In this document: in pieces, positions 10,935 through 23,285 of the stretch
Layout of the letters: each line of letters begins with the position of its first letter
How positions within the stretch are numbered: the stretch's first letter is position 1
NCBI GenBank assembly: GCA_013115125.1
Contig: JABANN010000330.1
Span: 1-38,637, forward strand
DNA: 38,637 bases
Direction of reading: 5' to 3'
Source of the DNA: Perkinsus olseni
Lineage: Eukaryota
Translations under genes and position numbers: made by a program
Notes under the pieces: model-generated
What the model was told of the DNA's origin: nothing
Database searches by the model: none
What the model saw: the letters and a program-made list of their open reading frames with translations, nothing else

Positions 10935-11902
10935 GCTTCAAGTACGCGTGGGGTGGTGTGAACAGAACATTCGCTTAGGCACCACCAAAATTCACGATAT
11001 CGGAGCCAGAATCGAGAAAGGCCAGTCCAGCGGTGAGTCAGTGTTGTACACTCGAGGGAAGCGACACGGGGCGTCGATTCATTCGCTCTTTCGCGTAGTC
11101 TGTCGTAATAGGAGACTGAATGTCTCGGCCGTTCCCTTTCGCGGCTTGTTTCGCCCGACTACCACCGGTGTGACGTTTCGCTCTTTGAATCCAATAAATC
11201 ATTGTTCTTGCAGAGATACAGCTGGGGAACTCCAACAACGAGAAGCTGGTTGGGACGCCGCCCCACCCAGGTACCACGGCTTCTCCGATGAGAGCTTTTC
11301 ATGAGAAGTTATCATCATGGACGTATTCACCAGCTCAACTTTAGTTACGCGGACTTAGTTCGTGATGGATATATTCAAGTACCCTCGCCTGATGCACAGC
11401 GAGGACAAGAGAATTGGAACCGCCATCCACCCGAGTAGAATAACTCTCCATTAAGGGTTTGCGTTATCGCCACTGCATGGATCTCAGTTACGTGAATCCA
11501 GTCAGCCATGGTTCCATTGGGTTATCGCAAGGGTCTGGCACATAAATCAGGCACCGAGGACCTCGTCGTCGACGATTCGTCGCTCAAACTGATCCCGCGT
11601 CGCCAACTGTCAACATCAGTACTGAGACGGAGTCCTCCTTTGACGTCGGTCATTCGTCTCTCCCGCTATTTTCTTGACAACGGGTTGCACGTTCATGAAC
11701 GCTGTGTCTCATGGTACGCTGTTGATGTAGGATATATGGCTTCGTCTTGTGTTGGGAAAGCCTGCCGATACATACACAAAGGCTTGAAACTGCGTGGAAA
11801 CAATTCCCTTTGATTGAATCCTCGCAGGCGAATGATGAAAAGGACACAGCGTGAAAGTCTATACGAGGTGGGACATGTAACACAAATCGTATGTGTGCAG
11901 GC

Positions 11903-11970
11903 CATACCACTCCATTCTCAACTGCCTGTGAATTGTACCAAATGGCACTGTAGCAGTCTATATTTAGCAA
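11903..11970 (+). promoter_or_regulatory. Candidate upstream promoter element of SRP RNA copy 2
   Basis: Same CATACCACTCCATTC at -68; TATATTTA lies just upstream of the start. Confidence 0.5.
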
Positions 11971-12255
11971 GCCGGGTGTGTAGCGAGCACCTGTAACCCA
12001 TGCGGGAGCGATATCTGAGTGAATGGCGTGTCGTGCCGAGAGTCGGTCGGAGATCAGCAGCCCATCCCAAGGGGCCGCTAAGTTCGGGTGGGTAGGCGGA
12101 AGTCATCACATCCGAACATCCGAAGTCGCGGGCACTGGCTAAGGCTGGGAACAGAGCAGGCAATACCGCGCGGTGGAACCGGTGAGGGTGGATAACGGCT
12201 GAGAGATCGACACTCTAGGCAATAACATCGACATGCCAAACACAAAGATCGTTTT
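11971..12255 (+). ncRNA. SRP (7SL) RNA, copy 2
   Basis: GCCGGGTGTGTAGCGAGCACCTGTAACCCATGCGGG has the canonical UGUNR motif. Same helix 8 and helix 5 as copy 1, TTTT terminator, 285 nt. Confidence 0.9.
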
Positions 12256-12427
12256 GTCATTTGCATCTGGCATGACGTGACGTTTAGATCGACGTGGTTT
12301 GATAATCAATCTTTGATTCTCCGGGCACTGCGGATCTGGCGCAGCAGCAACACGGTTCAAGCGAATGGTCACATTTTCACTCCGATTTTGGCTTCGAAGC
12401 AACGAATATTAAAGTGCTCCATTTTTG

Positions 12428-12982
12428 ATGCTTTCGCCAAACGCCAACTCGATCGCTAACTCTGAAGATCGCGTGCTCCGAGCAGTGGAGAACTACTATA
12501 AGGTTAGTGGTTCCAGCAAACCAGAGGCTTACAAAATTCGCTCTGAAGAGGATGGTCTGAACGGTGGAGCTTTGGATGAGCCCGCCATTATGGCGGCCAA
12601 CGAACGAGGGACCTCGCTACCCGTGACCTCCGAAGACGTCGACACGCTCTCATCAAACAATGCGGAGTTGAACGTGTTAGGGCAACAGCTACTCCCACGA
12701 TTGCTGAGGATGCAGAAAGGATTATTAGGGGACCTCGACAGGCACAAGCGGATGGGCGGGGGGCTGAGGTGGAGATTACGTGCGTTAGAAGCTCGGCTCA
12801 AGGAAAAAGATTCCCTGATAAAAGAGCTTAGTGATTATGTCAAGGAACTGAGTGATGGGCGAGATTCGGTTGTTATGAGAATGAGGAAGGAAGTAGTCCG
12901 CCTTCAACAAGAGGTAGAGAGTAGGCGAGGAGCACAGAGGGTGGGTCTGGTCCACGATCCGGTTGTGGCCTCCGCCGATTGA
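12428..12982 (+). CDS. Hypothetical coiled-coil protein (boundaries uncertain, may be spliced)
   Basis: 185-codon ORF with heptad-like charged segment LRALEARLKEKDSLIKELSDYVKELSDGRDSVVMRMRKEVVRLQQEVE. Confidence 0.5.
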   Translation: MLSPNANSIANSEDRVLRAVENYYKVSGSSKPEAYKIRSEEDGLNGGALDEPAIMAANERGTSLPVTSEDVDTLSSNNAELNVLGQQLLPRLLRMQKGLLGDLDRHKRMGGGLRWRLRALEARLKEKDSLIKELSDYVKELSDGRDSVVMRMRKEVVRLQQEVESRRGAQRVGLVHDPVVASAD

Positions 12983-13876
12983 ACTAGTGCGCGCCTCAGC
13001 TGAATGCTCTCAGGGCCCATCAATGGAGAGGAATGCCGTCCAACTGTGCCTCAACATTACAGAAGAGTGGGTCTGGTCCCTTTCTTATCGCCTGTCATCA
13101 TTCAGCTCCTGCCAGTCCTTCTGAGCTCAGCCGTGTCGGGTTCACCCCGAGTTTATCTTTTCTAGGTTGCAGAACCTCGCGTCCACTCCCGAGGAAGAGT
13201 TTACGAATTCGACCCTCGCGGATATCCGGAATGCCGCAAGAGCACTGGACCGTCAATTACGGTAACCCACCATCGCAAGGGTTTTCTCAACCAGCGGCGG
13301 CCTCCCACTTTGGGGCACCGGCACTGTACCAGCTGCATACCGTGAGTTCGTGCGTGCACCCCTACTATGGAATATGCGTCCGTGATCGCGGCTGTAACTG
13401 CCCAATGTGAATCCGGTCGACTCCCCGTCTTCTCATCTCAGCTGGCCACCACAAGCTACGTGTGACTATGTCATGGCTTCCTTTCAGGACCTTCGCACCC
13501 CAAGCATCGCCATAGAGGAAATTGTGACACTTCGCACCCCTCCATGCTCAGTGTTAAGTATCCATCTAGAATTGCGGTTTGAGTACCAACAGTCGGAATT
13601 TCGACTCTTCAAAGCGGCGCCTTACGATGAATGGAAACTACCGTTTGCCACTTTCATCGTATGTGTTGGCTGTTTCTGGCACCTACACCTAGTTGGCTCA
13701 CCGAGCGGCGGTTGAGGCGATGCGAACGCGGCGGTCATGGTTGTCTTTTCGCGTTGTATCCCCGTTAAACCCTCGGAGGAACTAGGGAACCAGACACCTT
13801 GTTGTTTCGTAGGCAACACACAAAGCATGCAGTACATGCAGCGACGGAGCAGCGACTTCATATCGACAACTTACAA

Positions 13877-15181
13877 TCACCGCTCGCTGCCGACTAGTGA
13901 TAGTATGTAACTGAACATTAACCACATTCTCCCATGCACAAGTGACCTCCTATGGCCCGACCGAGCAGATGCAAGCTCAGAAGGCCGCAGAGGGGCACGA
14001 AGATAGTCTTACATAAACAGCTGAATGATGTCAATGTAAAGCGACATGGCCGCAAAGCAATAGTCATCCAAAGAGAAGCTGTACTTATTGTGCTTGCCCC
14101 CAGCTATTAGCTGCGTATCGTGCACCAAATACAAGGAGAATATGAGAGCTCCGATACCTGTCACCGTAGAGTGAGGAGAGACACGAGAGTTGGACTTACC
14201 AGCGTAGACTTTATGAAGGACCGGAGTGCTTCCGAAAAAGAGGAACAGAAGCCCGAATAACGCCAATACAAGAGTCGCCACGAAGAGGTAGGGACCCATG
14301 CCTGAGACGCTATAAGGCGAACAATAGGAGATCAGTGGTTACCAGTGAAATCGTGTTTGGTTTGGAACGCGTAGGCAGTGAGCCCCATGACAACAATAGC
14401 AACAATTCCGACAGCGAGGAGAATCTGATCAACGTCGATGAGGAGCGACGAGGGACTGTCGAGTCTACGGAATTGATGTCGTAGCGGGAGGTGATGATGC
14501 CAACCATGAAGCCCTCGGCAGCAGTGAAGATAGTAAGTACTATGTAGTTGGTCGGGTATCTGACGTTCTCAACGGTAACGACACTTCGGCTGTTCAATAG
14601 AAAATCTCTGAATGCTAAAACCGCTCTCAGGACCGCCTTTCGCACGTGAAATTCAATCCTGGGAGCGCTCCTGGAATTCAGGGGAGATAGTCTATTGAAC
14701 ACCCTCACTGATACCAAATCTCGCCCTACTTCCGCATGATGGAAGGCGCGCACATGATGGCGATCATGATGCCCAGAGTGAGGAAAACGCTAAGGTAAAC
14801 CAGCGCCACTGTCTTCGGGCCGACGAATTTTTCGGGGTAGCTGAGACGAGAGAGACTCGAAGGAATAGAGGAGTATAAAGTTGTAGTTACAGCGCGAAGG
14901 GAACAGCGATGGCCGCTGTGACGATCAGTTGGACAGCCAGAATGCTGTACACCTGACGGTACGGGTTGGTCGACGCTATAAAAAAAGGGGGAAGCAAACC
15001 TTCTTTATGAAGTTGTGGCGCACGTAAGTCGGGATGCCTTCAACTATCTGGTCACTGGGGTAGAACTGGGAATCTTCGTAACCTGTGAATGACGTGGGTG
15101 AAGTGAAGATACGCCTCTTTCACCTCGGGCTGCTTCCAAGTCAACCGTCCCTCTCCCTATGCTTCCTGAATTGCGAGACAT
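13877..15181 (-). CDS. Bax inhibitor-1/LFG (TMBIM) family membrane protein, multi-exon
   Basis: Spliced product includes VRHNFIRK|VYSILAVQL, YPTNYIVLTIFT, YAFQTKHDFT|GMGPYL, YLVHDTQLI, SLDDYCFAAMSLYIDIIQLFI|YILSLVGSER*. ATG 15181, stop 13877-13879. Confidence 0.92.
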
Positions 15182-16469
15182 GTAGCAAATAAACTGTTCA
15201 AGAGAGAAAAAAGATCCTGCTGCTTTCCTTGGAGAGAGCTCAGCCTAGCCGGTTACCGAACCAGCCTCCGTCGAGCCTAGCCGAACAGTCGAATACAACC
15301 TCTTTTCGATCTGATCCTTGCCGCCCAGGGATACAAAATTGGGTCGTCCAATCGACCAATTATGATACTCAGAATCGACCTTGGAAACAAATTGCATGCC
15401 CCCAATTCTTAACCGTAAAGTCGATTCTGACTTCTAAAAGATTTACTTTAGTGAACGGGGACTGTACTTCACTGTACGTGTGTACACGTCCGTTCCTCAG
15501 TAGGCGAGCGAAATCGCTACCTGTCGATCCCGACTCTAGCATTGTAAGTGTCGGGTTCTTGGGAGCTTTCCCCTACCATAGTAGCATTTGTTACGCAGTT
15601 CCATCATCATCATAAGCACCGGTAATATGATGCAGCCTCTAGACAACAGTTCCGGGATGGAGTCCTCTCGGCAGCGGGATTGGTCGTGGAGGATGACCAA
15701 GCACCATAGTACTGAGGCACGGGCGCAGCCAGGGCGTGCTTCTGAGGGTAACTACAGCTGGGAGGTTGAGCTTTCCTGCTTCACGAAAAATTGTCACTGA
15801 CTAGGAAAGTAACAGCATGAAAAATTTTCATTTACAAAATCAGTCGCCCGATTTTACTCGGATGAGGCACTGCTGTAGCGCAGTGGAGGTTCCGCTGTAG
15901 AGGTAACCAAGCTCCACCATTAGCACGGTCGATTTACTTTCTCATTCTTCTGGGAGAGAAAGTTTGTCTCGCAATTAAGGCAAAAGCATGCATCGACTGT
16001 GGTCGCTACCAGCCCAGAAAACGTGACGCGGCGTCCGACGTGCGGAAAATGATAGAAAATTTTGTGGGGAAAATCCTGTAAATTTTTGGCTATAGTAAGT
16101 ATTCATCCACCACTTTAATCGAGGCAACACAATCCCCGGATAGAAGTTAATCTGAGTAACGTATGAACCGATCGATGGTAAATCACTCAAGCAGAAGGCA
16201 ATCTCACGAAGGCTCGCGCACCTGCGACACGTCAACAATCACTCAGTGATGATGCCTTCCCTTGTTTTCTGACCGGATGTCCCGCTCGGATCCAGGCCGT
16301 GATAGCCTAGACGGCACGACGACAGTGTTATTATCGAAGTGGCCCCTTGAGGGTCCGACTCCCGCAAGGCAGCCACTCGATGCTCGTAGTGATTTGCAGT
16401 GGGGGCGGCAGTACCCCGGCATTGTTCTCTCTTTTTAGCATGCCATTACAATACGTCCACACCTAGTGT

Positions 16470-16590
16470 CGATGACATCGAAAGTGGCGATGCTGAGACT
16501 CCGCTGCTGGGGCGAGTCGAGGCTAGGATCCCCCAGAGATACTTCCAGATGCAGGAGAGAATTGATTCGCTGATAAAGAGACTTGAGGGC
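16470..16590 (+). pseudogene. Possible syntaxin-16-like exon fragment
   Basis: DDIESGDAETPLLGRVEARIPQRYFQMQERIDSLIKRLE loosely resembles the linker/Ha-helix start of Tlg2/STX16. No SNARE or TM exons follow. Confidence 0.25.
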
Positions 16591-16734
16591 GTCTCAGTCA
16601 GCACTGCATAGTCGGTTGTGCCTCACATCTTCGAGGCAAAGACAGCGGAGTGAAGGAGGGCATGCTTGGTCCTGTGCGACCGGAAGGAAATACTATTTCG
16701 TTAAGAGAAGCGTTGTGCATGAGTAAAACTGGCT

Positions 16735-17027
16735 CAGTGTGTTGAGGAGGCGGGTGGGGGATTGAACAGTGGCAGTGGTAGCTTCCCCCCTGGTATGAGT
16801 ATTACTACTACACCTACCCGATACACGGCCCCGACCTATCGAGGATATGTAATTGGGGATGCTGTGGTAGATGGCGGCGATGTTCTCATAACATTACGAC
16901 AACCATTGGGGGAGGAGGCTTTTGAAGGTAACAGTAGTAAAGAGGGATGCCCAGCCTCACTGTAGCATACGACGCTGGGCAGCTGAGGTGCTTGGTGGAG
17001 GCACACGACTATGGAACCTTAGCTTGA
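16735..17027 (+). pseudogene. Truncated duplicate of the 5' part of the TsaA/TrmO-like gene
   Basis: Direct repeat of 23227-23524 including upstream sequence, exon 1 and intron. TGA at 17025 corresponds to CAG in the other copy, and clear similarity stops there. Confidence 0.75.
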
Positions 17028-18550
17028 CGCGAGTAGATGGCCGCATGAGTCTAAGCTGGAAAACGAGGGCATGCAGGGGCATTGGGAGCGCTGCACACAC
17101 GAATCGGCAGCTCCCTGTTGTTGATCTCAACTTAGCACCTTTCTTTCACAACCAAGCTCGTTGAACGAACGACGAATCATCGTCGCCTTTTCTGTGCAGG
17201 ATGCACAGAAAAGGCACAGGTGCACCCAGTGCCCCAGTGCAACGGTCTGACAGTGCACCGTTTGGCTTCCGACCATGGCTTCGTTTTGGCATCGGTGTCA
17301 CGCGCAGCGCAGAACGAGCCGTGTCACCACGCTCGTATGTACCACCGCTAACAGTAGCACATCGAGAGGAGCGACCTGCTATTCTCGAGAACCGAGATGC
17401 AATGCTTCTGCTTTGATATGATCACAACCCACATCTGCCAGGGGCTCTTTCGTGAGACCGCTCGGGGTTATCCAAGCGAGATAAGAGCTTGGCGAGTGTG
17501 ATTTGGCTGTGCTGTCAATTGATAGCCGCGCACAGCACAACTCGTATTAGCGAGTTAGGCATATGCCCTTCGGCTGGGTGACGCCCAATGGGTGTACCGG
17601 AGCGATTTGTGGCATTAATCCGTCATCACCCTCCCGTTGCCAGTAGCGGACGACATCCGCTACTAGGGGGCCGCTAGTAGCGGCTTTCTACGGCCGGGCT
17701 CGCAGGTGACTGAGTCACCCTAGCAGCTACCTACTGGCTGCTGAGACTCTCGCCGGCCGCCGTGCAATTTTACATCATTTTCAGTGGCAGTGGGAAATCT
17801 TGCAACACCCGATAATTATCCATGCAGCACCGCACACCGCCGAAGGATTCTCGGTACCTCTGCAACGGCGGGCGCCGGATGATTAATCTGCTGCCCAATG
17901 AATTGACCTCGATTTCTAGTACGTTGGTAAGGCCCTGTCAGGACCTGACCAGAGATTCAGGGCGTTCATGGTGAAAGCATGTGCCTACCAAGGCCGCAAG
18001 ATCTCAGATTTCACCCGCCAAGGACTTTGGGCCAAGGTGGGCACCCAAACTGCTGATGGATATGTCCGAGGTGCGATACATCTTGTGCGGCCCGTGCTTC
18101 TTGAGGGCGGCAAGTGATGCCCATGTAGGTAGCTCCCTCCTAGTGGGCCCATTTTTCCCACCCACAATAAAGCATCCAGTCCCCTCTTGGTGATTGGGGG
18201 GCGAGCTTTCTCCGAAGCTACTATTCGATCGTTCTGGCGAGCGATCAGCCGAAGGTTTGAGCGCTCTCAATTCCATCCAGGGTCATGGAACGACGAACTC
18301 CGAGGAGTTGTGAGTTGCACGCTCTCTCAACGTTTGTCGTTTCGTCGAGGAATTGTCGAGCATTATTCACGTCGTTGGATAGCAAGATTCTCCGACGGCA
18401 GTGGAGAAGGCGCCAGGCACTTGTCATAAGTAGTCTCTCATGGAGTCCTCGATACTGGTCAAACGCCATCATGTATCGTCTTTTCGAGAGCTCGTAAGCC
18501 TCATGCCTTCATAACCGTCGAGTTGAATATACTGTTGTTAGTAGATTCAC

Positions 18551-19496
18551 ATGACAGCTAATTGGACTGTCGTCATAGCGACTACAGCGGCTGCGGCCGC
18601 CTTCTTCCCTCTCACCGAGGTAAGAACTCCATCAGATGCTGCAGATGTCCTGGTGCTTCGAGTGACTACCGCTACTGACGACGACTCGTAGCGGGTAGAT
18701 TATCCAGATCGAAGCTGGTGGCCTTGGCAATATACTTGCATGCAATATGCTTTAGGCTTACCCCCCGCTGAAGGTAACGCAGTTCTCGGATGAAGGGAAG
18801 GCTGACTGTTACTATCACAATAACGGCTTCGACCAGAGTTGGCATCAATCCTTGTGGCTGAACATTCACAAGGAAAGGGGCATGCAAACACTGCGCGTGG
18901 CTTGCCCTAGTTCTGCCGGGAAAGACGCCTTCATGAACACCTAGTGAGTTGGGCCTTTTGTTGGCGTTCCTCTCACAGCTCAGTATTATCTCTACTTCAG
19001 CGCAAGTACTTCACATCGCCTCGCGCGTCACGGGGCCCGTCTACAACCCGCACAAGACCAGGTCTTTGAATTTGACCTCGATCCACCACCGCGTACTGGT
19101 CTGGATCTACTGGAAGGAGTCAACATATCTCGTATCACTAGGAACGTGCTGTTCAGAATGAGACCCTGTAACGTGCGTAACGTTCAGGGCTTCTGCGACA
19201 CTTCCTTTGCCATCGGCGAACGACCGGCAAGTGCTACGCCGGCTCTGAGCTTCATGAGAGAAAAGCTGGAAGGAATCTGTTCAGCTGCAATCGAGGCCGT
19301 GAAGGTCAAATTTGCTTCCTTTGAAGATTTCTGTCGTCACTCTGCCGTGAGCGCCAATGTGGCCATCGCAAAGGCCCGAAAGCTCGGATGGGCCTTTCTG
19401 CCCATGGGGTCCTTTACCTGTATCCGTCCTACTCAAGTCAGTTCGGATAACCACCATACATCATGCGCAGCTGGATCTGCCACCCATGAGCGATGA
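18551..19496 (+). CDS. Putative secreted Cys-containing protein, family B, paralog 1 (multi-exon; 3' end uncertain)
   Basis: MTANWTVVIATTAAAAAFFPLTE|gtaag; YPPLKV...CYY...LRVACP...AF|gtgag; GICSAAIEAVKVKFASFEDFC. Confidence 0.62.
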
Positions 19497-19885
19497 ATTT
19501 ATCATTGTCACCATAATCATGATTTGAAGGCTAATGGCTGTTGGGATTCTGTTTGTGTTCCCCAGTGGTGTCCGAATCGGGAGGAGGTATCACGATAATA
19601 CTATCATGCTATTGTACGAGCGCATATGAGAGGCCACTGTGTGACCTAGTGGAGTGGCAGGCAGCCTGTATGAAGCATATGCCAGGTGGACCGCACAACT
19701 TCCTTGAGGCTCTCGCTCGCTCGGTTGCGAGTGAACGAACGGCCTCTTCGGGCAGCATTTTGATTTTCCTCGCAATCCTCGCTCTTTGTATCCGGAAAAG
19801 GCATTCTATCGGATAACAAACAGAGACCATTATTTCCCAGAGAATGGAAGAATAGCGGACGATACCTCATAAATTGTGAGCTGCA

Positions 19886-20741
19886 GTGATTGCTCTATTC
19901 AGGGTTAATTCAACCTGGTTGAAGCCAGATCCTCAAATGGCAGCCCAACGGCTCCTAATCGCAGCTGCCACGCTGAAGAAGTCGCTGAACCCTTACAATT
20001 GGTTCGCCTCGCAACCCATCCATCATCCGGAATTCCCTCCATTAACTGCTCAGCAGCTTCTGGTAGAAAGCAACGGCGCCAGCTGCTTTTACGGCCGAGG
20101 TGAAGTCATGAGCCCCTACCGGCAATCGTTGTCGATTGAGGTTGAGCTTGACAAAGGTCTCCGAGCCCTGAAGATCGTATGCCCCAGGAATGGTACCCGG
20201 AAGGCATTCTCAAGCCAGTTGTAAGGCGAGTGAGATGATATGCTTTTTGAATGCTATTTGTTGTAGTTCCTGCTCTGGCGGGTCGAATTCTGTGAAAGAA
20301 TACAACCTGAATTACCCGTATACGTCCGTAAAGTCCACGTTCGTGTTTAAGGAAGCCCCTCTCATCGACACTGGCACAGATCCGCTCGGAGAGGTTGACG
20401 CCTTGACTTACTACAAAAAGCTTAAAAGGCTCAACACGACCGCTAGTAAATTGGCCTTGAAGAATCTCACGGATGGTCAGAAGGAATTTATGAAGAAGCA
20501 TCTGGAGGAACTCGGGCAGCATGGGAAGGACACGGCGAATGAGGTGAGGGAAGTGTGCTTGGCTGTGAGGGAGGGTTTGGTGGAGGAATTTGGGTCGTTT
20601 GACAACCTTTGCGAGAAGGTTCGTGTAAACTCAAATAAAGCTATCGAGGTTGCCCATACTGCTGGACGGCGGTTTGAAGAGAAAGATGGTCGAACGATGA
20701 TCACCCGAGACTTGAGGGGGAAGCGCAAATTTAGACACTGA
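19886..20741 (+). CDS. Family B paralog 2 (5' exon uncertain)
   Basis: FPPLTAQ...SCFY...LKIVCP...AFSSQL|gtaag; EVCLAVREGLVEEFGSFDNLCEKV. Confidence 0.68.
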
Positions 20742-20815
20742 TTGTACCTACGAGTTCTTCGCGATTGTATTATGATGTGCATGAGTGAAGCTGTGGGAAA
20801 AGATGTTGGCTGATC

Positions 20816-20845
20816 ATGATGATGATGATGATGATGATGATGATG
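20816..20845. repeat. (ATG)10 microsatellite
   Basis: Perfect 30-nt trinucleotide run. Confidence 0.95.
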
Positions 20846-21814
20846 TTAAGTTACACTTCTACTTGTCGTTTTTCCTGCCTACCAAGGTTAATCTAGATTC
20901 TTATTGAACTACAGGAACCCCTTTTTAGTTATTAAAGGGGTTTTCTGTTCTTCCCGTTAGCCTGGGATAACCTCATCCAATACACAGGAGTACTTGTATG
21001 AACTAGGAGACTCGTTTCGTTTTGAGGCTCTCTGCTATTCACTCGACCAGGGTAGCTCTTGTACACGGTGTAATCTAATAGAAACAACCATGTCGATTCT
21101 GGCTCAGTTCTATACTTGTTGACTCAACTGGTCCGAGGTTGGTGAACTCATACCGATCATCGTCATCGTCAGCACGACGTCACATCGTGTTGAAGAACGC
21201 AGTGTTCAAGGAGCACATCGTTAAAGGCTGTTACTAAGTTAGTCTACTGTGCAGTACACATTGGCAACGTGTCTCTAACGAACAATCTGTCTGTTGGGAA
21301 TGAAGATGATGGCAGGATTACATTTCTGAACTCTTCGCTCACCGAGGTTGAGAGGAGGCATTCTCAGCCGTCTTCTACCTTCTGGCGGGGGTTGGAATCC
21401 TCCCATCCACTGCAGCAAGACTGCTGCCGGAAAGGAAGCACGGCTATCTGCTTCTTGAGCATGGCAATGACCAACGTTTCTATGTCGCAACAGCGCACAC
21501 GTCGGTCATAAGGTACATGTCAGAAGGGAAAGGGATTCACTGGCACGCAGCCCACCGACAGGCGGCTGATGTAGTGACCGAGAAGTGCGTTACACAGCGG
21601 GCGTGCCGCGCCCGGCGTGGCTGCTGCAGGGGTCCCGCCTGAAGTTTCGGGGAAGAATCGCTCGCCTAAGGCGAGCGGTGATAGCACTCATTTTTCGGGC
21701 GGTATCTAAATTCCCCCCAAATTGCCCCACTTGTATTGAGCCAGAATGTAAACGAGGCACAAGCACAGGTTACGATGGTCGCCCCACAGCCCTGTGTTGG
21801 AGTTATCCCCTCTA

Positions 21815-22658
21815 ATGTCGACTAAACAGGCTGTCATCGTAGCTGCTGTTACCGCAGCCTTCGCCCCTTTCACCTACGCTCGGGTAAGTTCGTCCGTCCC
21901 TGCGGGTGTTGCTGGTTGTAATATCATCCACCATAAATATTCATGCATGCCAGAGAAAGCAGCTCAAACTGCCGCATTTTAGGGGAGGAGTGCTTCTTCT
22001 TGCACCGTTTGCTTATTTCGTTTGCTCTCAGGGCATTCCTCCACTCAAGAGAGCTTCCCTCTTACTCGCCGAGCACGATGCTATTTGTTCTTACTCGAAT
22101 CATCAATACTTCCTGGCTGACGACCGACGCTTGGAGGTCGTGGTCAGACAGACAGGTGCACTGGAAGGATGGGACATTCGTTGTCCCGGAGCTGCTCACA
22201 GGGATGGCTTCAAAAGCAAATTGTGAGGACCCGGCGTCAGATACCATCTTCCTCATTTCCGGCGTTGTTGCTATTACTCTCTTTAATGTAGTTCCTGGCC
22301 TCCGAACATCGAATTCAACCAGCAGATTTACAAGGAACAACTGGCTGATCTCAACGCCGCCGCCGTGAAGTTGAACTATGTCCCGTTCGAGGGGGAGGTG
22401 CTGGTGGACTGGGAGAAGTTAGAGGCCAAGGGGGACAACGGGAAAAATACGCGTATAAAGTTGGCCGCAGTGTGCTCGGCTGTGAGCCAGGCTATAGAGC
22501 ACAAGTTCGACGCCTTCGAGTCTCTGTGTGATTCCGTTCACCACGAGGGCATGGGGACAATCAAAAAATTGGAAACTAAAGATGAGTTTATAGCCTCAAT
22601 GTTATCACTGCTGGCGAGGCACATGCAAGGAGAGGATCTTCCGATGGTCTATGACTAG
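21815..22658 (+). CDS. Family B paralog 3
   Basis: MSTKQAVIVAAVTAAFAPFTYAR|gtaag; IPPLKR...ICSY...WDIRCP...GFKSKL|gtgag; AVCSAVSQAIEHKFDAFESLCDSV. Confidence 0.7.
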
Positions 22659-23285
22659 TTTTGGTACGTCGTAAAAGCAGCGGTGATGATGATGACCTTT
22701 TTTTAAGAGTTGTAGATGTGAAGGTGGCATGTATCTAAACTACTTCTACGAAAAAGTTGTTATCACGATTTCCCAGGTGCTCTTCCGAATTCCTGTTCCG
22801 TTGGGTCGCCCATATTCTTTTCTTATCAACCTACTTTTCCGATATTAGTACTGTCTTACGAATGGATAACGAGGTCGTGTTCTCTTTTGATGATGTTGTG
22901 TGCGCAACGTTCCTTTTGCGTTCAAGTGGCTGCGAATCCTAGGGAGATATTAGCATCGGGTTTGTGACGTCGACGCGGCGATGACTTGATAATCCAATAG
23001 TGGTATATCGACACTGAACCGAAATTTCTTTCGTTTTGTCGCTCTCTTCATCCTTCATCGCAGTCCTCGTGGGCTGCGTCTGGAAGGATTCCTTCGACGA
23101 CTAGTATTTGAATCGCATGTTCCAACGGAAGGAATGCACGGCTAACACAGGTTTTTTCGGGGAAGGTCATGCAAGTCGGCCCCGTAAGGCTTTGAGAGTC
23201 TTTTACGGTAATTTTGTGTTGCATTACAGTGTGTTGAGGAGGCGGGTGGGGATTGAATAGTGGCAGTGGTAGCTTTCCCCCTAGT

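Noticed and set aside
17981-18497. Overlapping short ORFs on both strands
   Set aside because: No recognisable motifs and no consistent exon chain; cannot be supported.
20911-20948. Hairpin AACCCCTTT...AAAGGGGTT resembling a terminator
   Set aside because: Eukaryotic context, short and low-complexity, with no supporting evidence.
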